Shown: positions 61,001 through 64,000 of the stretch, one piece after another
How the letters are laid out: each line of letters starts with the position of its first letter
How positions within the stretch are numbered: position 1 is the first letter of the stretch
NCBI GenBank assembly: GCA_963715565.1
Contig: OY970256.1
Location: 2,679,836 to 2,743,835 of the forward strand
DNA length: 64,000 bases
Direction: 5' to 3'
Origin: Pyrinomonadaceae bacterium
GTDB lineage: Bacteria; Acidobacteriota; Blastocatellia; Pyrinomonadales; Pyrinomonadaceae
Made by a program: the position numbers and the translations under genes
The notes under the pieces: generated by a model
What the model was told of the DNA's origin: nothing
What the model saw: only the letters and a program-made list of their open reading frames with translations
Database searches by the model: none

Positions 61001-62487
61001 TCTATCAGCAGTTATTTAAGGATGCCGAATTATCCGCTCGATTGACGCTGCTGGAGTTGCCGAACCTGCTGGCGATGCTGCAGTGGATGCAGCAGCAGGA
61101 TGCGCCGGAAGAAGTTGTAGGGCTAGCGAGTAAGGTAGAAACACTGCTCGCCAATTTAGGCCGACCACAGGCGCTGGCAGAAGCGACCAGAGTGCGAGAG
61201 CAAGCGGCCAAGGGATTGAGTGAGTGGAGCCATGCTCGGTTCGTGACGGAAAACGAAAGCATCAACCGGATGTTGGACAGTGGTGCTCTGCCGTCAGCCT
61301 ACGCCGCAGCACAACAGCTTCTGCAACGAAGTTTGGCATCAGGCGAAGAGGCTTATCCAGAGGCAGCTTATGACCTCGCTTTTGCACATTGGAAGCTTGG
61401 GAGAGTGCTCAGCAGGGGAGGAGCAGCCGAAGAGGCGCTAATTCAACTGGCTGAGGTTCAGCGGCGGTTTCAGGCACTATCAGATGCAGGTGATACCGAT
61501 GCTGAACAGATGGTCTCGACAGCGATCACTGAGAGCGGCGGGTGCTTGAGAGCTTTAGGGCGATTAGATGCTGCTGCCGCAGCTTATCAGGAAGCTATCA
61601 GGCGTAGTGAGAAACTTAAGGATCGGAGAACTATAGCTGTCAGCAAAGGCAATCTCGGGACAGTCCGTATGTTGCAAGAGCGCTATGCTGAGGCACTGAA
61701 AATCTATACTGAAGCGCGAGATATCTTTGCAACCTTGGGAGAGCCAATCAGCGTCGCTACCACGTGGCATCAAATCGGGATGACACATAAAAATGCTGGG
61801 CAATATGAACAGGCAGAACGAGCCTACCGTCAATCTTTGGCTATCAGAGTCCAACAGAAGAACCTCTCTGGTGAGGCTAGTAGTATGGGTGAATTGGGTA
61901 ATCTTTATAGTTTAATGGGACGTCTGGAAGAGGCCGTGATCTGTTATCGTCAAGCAGCGGATATTCACGTCAATCTACAAGACCAAATGTATGAAGGATT
62001 CGACCGTAACAATCTGGCTATTACGCTCATCCAGCTGCAACGCTACGATGAAGCGCGCCGCGAGTTACTCCGTGCGATTGAGTGCAAGAAGCCCTACGGC
62101 CACGCGGCTCAACCGTGGACAACTTGGGCCATTCTGTATGATCTAGAGCAGACCACAGAAGATACAACGGCTGCAGCGCAGGCACGGCAGCAAGCCATCG
62201 AGAGCTATTTGGCTTATCGTCGCGCTGGTGGTCAGAGTACAACAAGCGGTGCGCAGTTTTGCGGGATGGCAGCACAAGCAATCGAGCAGGGACAGACGAC
62301 CGAGATGGAACAAGCCCTTGCCCAGATTGCGGGAGCAGATGTTCCGCCGTCAGCCAAAGTGCTTATCTCCAAGCTGCAATCCATCCTGCGTGGTGATCGC
62401 AATCCCGCTCTCCCCGCTGACCCGAATTTAGATTACTCGAATGCTGTGGAGTTACAACTGCTATTGGAAGAGTTAAGTGCGCGATGA
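58069..62487 (+). CDS. TIR - CHAT (caspase-like) - NB-ARC/STAND NTPase - TPR multidomain protein (candidate conflict/defense protein)
   Basis: 1472-aa ORF. TIR: HIFISHSSQDDEFAKEL...VIAVLSPKTINSSWVRTEIQ. CHAT: LPWELLHDG...VVHFDGHG...LVFLEACQT. P-loop VVRGQGGAGKTTLAVEL, Walker B TIIVLDNMES, RILFTSRE. The C-terminal ~400 aa are TPR-like repeats. Confidence 0.85.
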   Translation: MQDRHIFISHSSQDDEFAKELHDALVSFGLTVWVDSQNLRGGNKLAMEIDAAIEGARQVIAVLSPKTINSSWVRTEIQKALEVEANRQHEGYRVIPLLLPGIEPSALPAWFDKEPVGITVEIKVGGLIEAMPDILAALGERLSTDRQPVKEVASKPVEELTLKLNDLQIETKDGKRRARAVGQLTYEPSDNSTHKRVESRRYSFTAPIGIIETEDLRWYLEEYFVWPIGVFRERAERIEAQLPKWGQALYQSAFAPEVAHEALRSWQQAGMDGERRFSVFVEEELPVGASPEEQTTASEEKQAAASEAASLLLSLPWELLHDGRGFLFHGKHPVRVRRRLPNRHSQTVRPTQLPIRILLVSPRPEEELRIGYIDHRISAKPLVEAVESLGELAKLTLLTPPTFPALEEALHKAAEDGVPFDVVHFDGHGVYDHRVGLGGLCFEDPNDTEKLEQRRMQLIHAERLAEVIRDHSIPLVFLEACQTAKTEEDPTASVAAKLLEEGVSSVVAMSHSVLVETAHRFVKAFYQELAEGRRIGTAMLAGQRELHRETLRGKMMGAGELHLQDWFVPVLYQEEQDPQLITRLQSQQVQQLQVTQRHLSLGALPQPPPHEFQGRSRELLALERLLYNEPYAVVRGQGGAGKTTLAVELARWLVRLGRFRRAAFVSLEQYTDARTVLDHLGRQLLPKSDNWSVAQFPDMKQALQPIERALADRATIIVLDNMESVLPDHIANLPSGTQQLQEEELQRLFQLCQQLLQADPATRILFTSRESLPAPFDNRRREISLGPLSQEDAIKLVGEVMKQEGLTPKAEDPGGDPKEITDLVEAVNRHARALVLLAREVARRGVRTTTENLHQLMAELDSKYPGDRENSLYASVELSLRRLPPEVRDQLKPLAVFHGGAHIQVFDYVLGIAEDDVETVPGIFRHLVEVGLAEDMGYGHLVLDPALPPYLLRELSEEEQEEARGRWAEGMRWLTSFLYQQLFKDAELSARLTLLELPNLLAMLQWMQQQDAPEEVVGLASKVETLLANLGRPQALAEATRVREQAAKGLSEWSHARFVTENESINRMLDSGALPSAYAAAQQLLQRSLASGEEAYPEAAYDLAFAHWKLGRVLSRGGAAEEALIQLAEVQRRFQALSDAGDTDAEQMVSTAITESGGCLRALGRLDAAAAAYQEAIRRSEKLKDRRTIAVSKGNLGTVRMLQERYAEALKIYTEARDIFATLGEPISVATTWHQIGMTHKNAGQYEQAERAYRQSLAIRVQQKNLSGEASSMGELGNLYSLMGRLEEAVICYRQAADIHVNLQDQMYEGFDRNNLAITLIQLQRYDEARRELLRAIECKKPYGHAAQPWTTWAILYDLEQTTEDTTAAAQARQQAIESYLAYRRAGGQSTTSGAQFCGMAAQAIEQGQTTEMEQALAQIAGADVPPSAKVLISKLQSILRGDRNPALPADPNLDYSNAVELQLLLEELSAR

Positions 62488-62522
62488 GGCTCAGAGTGGA
62501 GTAGTCTGAGAGGTGAGTGCGC

Positions 62523-62552
62523 TTGACTGGAAGGGCGAGGACTCGCTATTAT
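62523..62552 (+). promoter_or_regulatory. sigma-70-type promoter upstream of boxC
   Basis: TTGACT (62523-62528), 18-nt spacer, TATTAT (62547-62552). Confidence 0.5.
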
Positions 62553-62556
62553 GATT

Positions 62557-62574
62557 TTCGAACGGACGTTCGAA
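62557..62574. promoter_or_regulatory. 18-bp palindromic operator candidate overlapping the boxC transcription start region
   Basis: TTCGAACG-GA-CGTTCGAA has perfect 8-bp half-sites and starts 5 nt downstream of the -10 hexamer. Confidence 0.5.
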
Positions 62575-62599
62575 CGGGTTGGAAATTAGGGGATTGAGA

Positions 62600-64000
62600 A
62601 TGAAGACAATGGCTGTGGAGACGGGGAATTTGAAGGTTAATTTTGAAACGTCGCCGGGGGAGTACAGGCACTGGAAGCTGAAGCTGGACGGGGCGGTGGC
62701 GACGCTGTCGATGGATGTGCAGGAGGATGCGACGCTGGGCGATGGCTATAAGCTGAAGCTCAATTCTTATGATCTGGGTGTGGATATAGAGCTGGCGGAC
62801 GCTGTGCAGCGTTTGAGGTTCGAGCACCCGGAGGTTCGCGTGGTCGTCGTCAAGAGTCTCAAGCCTAGAATCTTCTGCGCGGGGGCAAACATTTATATGC
62901 TGGGCACTAGCCCGCACGCTTTTAAAGTCAATTTCTGTAAGTTCACAAACGAGACGCGGTGTGCGATTGAGGATGCGTCGCATCATTCCGGGCAGCGTTA
63001 TGTGGCGGCGCTGAATGGCACGGCTTCGGGCGGCGGTTATGAATTGGCAATCGCGTGCGATGAAATTTATCTGGTGGATGATGGCAATTCGGCTGTGTCG
63101 CTGCCGGAAGTTCCGTTGCTTGGCGTGTTGCCGGGCACGGGCGGGCTGACGCGTTTGGTGGACAAACGCAAGGTGCGGCGCGACCGTGCGGATGTGTTCT
63201 CTACGCTGGCCGAGGGCTTGAAGGCCAAGCGTGCTAAAGAGTGGGGGCTGATTGACGGTTATTTTCCGACGAGCAAGTTTGAAGATGGTATCGCGCACCG
63301 CCTTGACGAGATGGTCGAAGAAGACAAGACATCTACGACGAGCGCGGGTATCAAGCTCAATCCATTGGAAGTCGAAGCTACGGAAGCGGGGCGCGAGTAC
63401 AAGTACGTGAGCGTGCGTTTGAACCGCCAGAAGCGTTACGCGGATTTGACTGTGCGCGGTCCTGAAGTTGATTTGCCTACCACGCCTGAAGAGATAGAAA
63501 GGCTGGGCGATAGCTACTGGCCCTTGCGCGCGTTTCGAGAGTTGGATGATGCGCTCTTGCACCTGCGCGTTAACGAGTTGGAGATAGGTCTCGTCTGCCT
63601 GCGCACGGAAGGTGATGCGGAGCGTGTGCTGTCGGCTGATAAAACGCTGGTAGAGCATCGTGACCACTGGCTCGTGCGCGAAACGATTCTGCACATGGCG
63701 CGCGTGCTGCGCCGTCTTGATCTGACGGCCAAAAGCTTCTTTGCCATCATCGAGCCGGGAAGCTGCTTCGCAGGGAGTTTGCTTGAGCTGGCCTTGAGCG
63801 CAGACCGCACCTACATGCTCAACGACCCGGACCAGGAGGTCTTGATTGCTACGAGCGAGATGAACGCGGGCGCGCTTCCGATGAGCAACGGCCTGACGCG
63901 TCTTCAGTCGCGCTTTCTTGCAGAGCCTGAAAGAGCGAACGAAGTGCTCGCTCATGAAGGCGCGTTTGATACGGAAGAAGCGGAAAGTGTGGGCCTGGTG
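62600..64000 (+). CDS. boxC: benzoyl-CoA-dihydrodiol lyase BoxC (crotonase superfamily), 3' end beyond window
   Basis: Frame is open from ATG 62600 to the window edge, so it is absent from the ORF track. Translation reads ...YRHWKLKLDGAVATLSMDVQED...GYKLKLNSYDLGVDIELADAVQRLRFEHPEV...FCAGANIYML...VNFCKFTNETR...SLPEVPLLGVLPGTGGLTRL, which matches my memory of BoxC. Confidence 0.75.
   Translation, partial: MKTMAVETGNLKVNFETSPGEYRHWKLKLDGAVATLSMDVQEDATLGDGYKLKLNSYDLGVDIELADAVQRLRFEHPEVRVVVVKSLKPRIFCAGANIYMLGTSPHAFKVNFCKFTNETRCAIEDASHHSGQRYVAALNGTASGGGYELAIACDEIYLVDDGNSAVSLPEVPLLGVLPGTGGLTRLVDKRKVRRDRADVFSTLAEGLKAKRAKEWGLIDGYFPTSKFEDGIAHRLDEMVEEDKTSTTSAGIKLNPLEVEATEAGREYKYVSVRLNRQKRYADLTVRGPEVDLPTTPEEIERLGDSYWPLRAFRELDDALLHLRVNELEIGLVCLRTEGDAERVLSADKTLVEHRDHWLVRETILHMARVLRRLDLTAKSFFAIIEPGSCFAGSLLELALSADRTYMLNDPDQEVLIATSEMNAGALPMSNGLTRLQSRFLAEPERANEVLAHEGAFDTEEAESVGLV

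Noticed and set aside
57587-62487. Calling the TIR-CHAT-STAND locus an integrative mobile element at tRNA-Sec
   Set aside because: There is no integrase or recombinase, I could see no direct repeat of the tRNA end, and the gene lies on the 5' side of the tRNA. Only compositional hints remain.
62549-63955. 468-aa minus-strand ORF in the track
   Set aside because: Its R/H/Q-rich, domain-less translation is the antisense shadow of the plus-strand boxC frame, which has strongly recognisable crotonase/BoxC motifs and an RBS and promoter.
1-64000. A selenoprotein gene with in-frame TGA in this window
   Set aside because: I found no adjacent same-frame ORF pair bridged by TGA with a downstream hairpin. 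This was checked by eye only, so absence is not proven.

Overview
GC-rich (about 60% by eye) bacterial chromosomal segment with about 45 protein-coding genes and two tRNAs: Met-CAU at 6249-6322 and selenocysteine tRNA-Sec (UCA) at 57587-57685. I saw no rRNA, CRISPR array, transposase or integrase. The gene content suggests an Acidobacteriota-like bacterium, but this is inference only: two tandem TIGR03436-like VWFA proteins, CHAT/TPR proteins, an ECF sigma factor, bacillithiol genes bshA/bshB1, and boxC. Confidently recognised genes are hemB, selB, topA, dprA, a SlyD-like PPIase, endonuclease III, Nfu, and a delta-9 desaturase with an adjacent two-component system. Also clear are a YbhGFSR-like ABC exporter operon, a TetR-MFP-RND-TolC efflux operon and a YqjD/YqjE-like cluster. 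Main second-look items follow. (1) A 1472-aa single-polypeptide TIR-CHAT-NB-ARC(STAND)-TPR protein (58069-62487) lies between tRNA-Sec and boxC. It is a candidate two-effector conflict/antiviral STAND system, and its TPR sensor module has low GC. (2) At least 15 long intergenic hairpins have arms built from tandem 7-9-nt units. They use at least 7 different unit alphabets, yet most share an RGCTT loop core. They sit exactly at stop codons and/or 0-8 nt from downstream start codons; one copy is nested and one is split. (3) A low-GC islet carries a PD-(D/E)XK homing-endonuclease-like gene that overlaps the 3' end of tRNA-Met. (4) A secreted CHAT-TPR protein is in an operon with an ECF sigma factor and a putative anti-sigma factor. 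(5) Two ~155-bp nested-palindrome elements show compensatory changes. All functional calls come from motif-level reading of the translations; no database search or folding program was available.
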